Positions 62,895 through 64,000 of a stretch of DNA of 64,000 nucleotides are shown here, piece by piece (position 1 is the first letter of the stretch; every line of letters starts with the position of its first letter). The DNA comes from a bacterium (lineage in GTDB: Bacteria > Patescibacteriota > Minisyncoccia > Minisyncoccales > CG1-02-41-26). The stretch spans positions 30,645 through 94,644 of the forward strand of contig JAUVXX010000003.1 of NCBI GenBank assembly GCA_030603395.1, given 5' to 3'. Position numbers and translations under genes: made by a program. The notes below the pieces were generated by a model. It worked only from the letters and a program-made list of their open reading frames with translations, was not told the origin of the DNA and did no database searches.

Positions 62895-64000
62895 ATGGAT
62901 ATTATAAAAAAATTTGAAGAGACCAAGGAAATTGTAGGAAAGGCAGATCGTCGCCTCAGTTCTATGATCAAAGGGCTTCAGGAGTTGCAGGACACCCACC
63001 GGGAGAAACTGGAGCAGGTTTTAGAAGCCTCACGGATATCGCAGTTCAACGAAGAAGAGTTAAAGAATTTTCTGAAAGAACCCTATGTGATTCTACCCAC
63101 CAAGAGGCCAGATGAGTGGTGGGTGGTGGTCCCGAAGTTCATCCAGATGCAGGTCGGTTGGCTGGAAAGAAGCACCGAGTCCTACAACATTTTCAAGGTC
63201 AACAAGTTTATCAACTGGTTCGGGGACATTCCTGCCTTGCTAAAAGATAAGTTCAAATTCAAGCCAGAGCTGCCGGTGAAGGTCTACGACGGAATGGTGC
63301 TGACAGGGAAACGATATCAAGATGAAACCTGGAACAGATACAGCAGATTCCTTTCCAGGAGAGAAGGCGAAGACAGGATCAGAATTAAGAGAGGAGCGGA
63401 GTTCAGGCTGATCGCACAGATAATTGACGATGGCACTTTGCCGTTCTTGCCAAAAGAAGTTGAGAAAGGGGATCTACGGCCGGCCCAAGTAAAGTTCAAG
63501 TTGAGAGAGTATCAAGAGGAAGCCCGGCAGATGTTTCTAAAATACGGAGCAATAGGAGTTTATTGGGCCTACTCGGCAGGCAAAACCTATTTAGGACTTG
63601 ATCTCTGTTCTGAATTAAAGGGAGATAAACTGATCGTAGTGCCGACTTTAACCTTGAAAGAGCAATGGGAAAAGAGATTGAGCGAACTGACTGAAGTTGC
63701 CAACGAGGTAGACGTAATAACTTATCATAGCTTTGAGAAAGTAAGAAAGAATGAATATGTTTTGGCGATCTATGACGAGTGCCATCACTTGCCAGCCAAT
63801 ACATTTTCAAGATTGTCAACCATCAGGGCCAAATATAGATTAGGGCTTTCAGCTACACCTTACAGGGAAGACGGCCGAACAGATTATATCTTCGCATTAA
63901 CGGGATTCCCGGTAGGACTGAACTGGGAGGCCCTGATAAAGTTGGGAGTGATTGAGAAGCCAGATATTCGGCTTTACATCTTACAGGATAGTAGAGCCAA
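62895..64000 (+). CDS. SF2 DEAH-box helicase, XPB/Rad25-like, with an uncharacterised ~190-aa N-terminal domain (3' end outside the window)
   Basis: Own translation: MDIIKKFEETKEIVGKADRR...LREYQEEARQMF...VYWAYSAGKTYLG (Walker A)...AIYDECHHLPAN (DEAH/DECH)...LGLSATPYRED (motif III). It is absent from the ORF track because it is open at the window edge. Confidence 0.75.
   Translation, partial: MDIIKKFEETKEIVGKADRRLSSMIKGLQELQDTHREKLEQVLEASRISQFNEEELKNFLKEPYVILPTKRPDEWWVVVPKFIQMQVGWLERSTESYNIFKVNKFINWFGDIPALLKDKFKFKPELPVKVYDGMVLTGKRYQDETWNRYSRFLSRREGEDRIRIKRGAEFRLIAQIIDDGTLPFLPKEVEKGDLRPAQVKFKLREYQEEARQMFLKYGAIGVYWAYSAGKTYLGLDLCSELKGDKLIVVPTLTLKEQWEKRLSELTEVANEVDVITYHSFEKVRKNEYVLAIYDECHHLPANTFSRLSTIRAKYRLGLSATPYREDGRTDYIFALTGFPVGLNWEALIKLGVIEKPDIRLYILQDSRA

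Larger units (their letters stand above)
56185..64000 (+). mobile_element. Putative integrated phage/plasmid-like element (right end outside the window; no integrase seen)
   Basis: An abrupt change to visibly higher G+C and different codon usage follows the rpsI terminator. Every gene is on the plus strand. Content is a PD-(D/E)XK nuclease, wHTH protein, TopoVI-A-like protein, ParB-like protein and SF2 helicase. A shared upstream motif precedes most genes. Confidence 0.6.

Overview
This is an AT-rich chromosomal segment whose hallmarks point to a small-genome Patescibacteria/CPR-type bacterium. It carries the str-S10-spc-alpha ribosomal superoperon with rpsE running straight into rplO (no L30). 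Many ribosomal proteins have Lys/Glu-rich extensions, AlaRS is short, and rpoA lacks an alpha-CTD. Standard genetic code applies, since TGA closes tuf and infA.

Layout, left to right:
- 1-4.3 kb: accessory region with a partial Clp-fold protease, an IS1595-family transposase beside a heavily structured non-coding stretch, small membrane proteins, DgkA and an XRE regulator.
- 4.4-13.6 kb: UDG, a pilin-like DUF2341/LamG protein, def, a NifS-NifU-MnmA-(Trx::FTR fusion)-DsbD-like-ThiI sulfur/tRNA-thiolation cluster, and an SDR.
- 13.8-17.4 kb: secreted beta-barrel-like and hyper-cysteine proteins.
- 17.4-20.7 kb: a 3-kb island bounded by 150-bp direct repeats of the 5' end of a ComEC-type MBL gene. 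It carries a second Clp-fold protease.
- 20.6-26.6 kb: an Adk-like paralog, nrdDG, tRNA-Pro, L28 and a site-2 protease.
- 26.7-56.1 kb: ribosomal superoperon, interrupted between map and infA by about 9 kb of unrelated genes.
- 56.2 kb to the window end: a visibly G+C-richer block with every gene on the plus strand, read as a mobile element. It encodes a PD-(D/E)XK nuclease, a wHTH protein, a Spo11/TopoVI-A-like 'mini-A' protein, a ParB-like protein, a KhpA-like KH protein, an alanine-identity tRNA-like RNA and an XPB-like helicase. A recurrent AAAGGYCGR motif sits upstream of most of its genes.

Two short intergenic repeat families were also found. All calls come from reading the sequence and the ORF translations by eye; no database search or computation was run.
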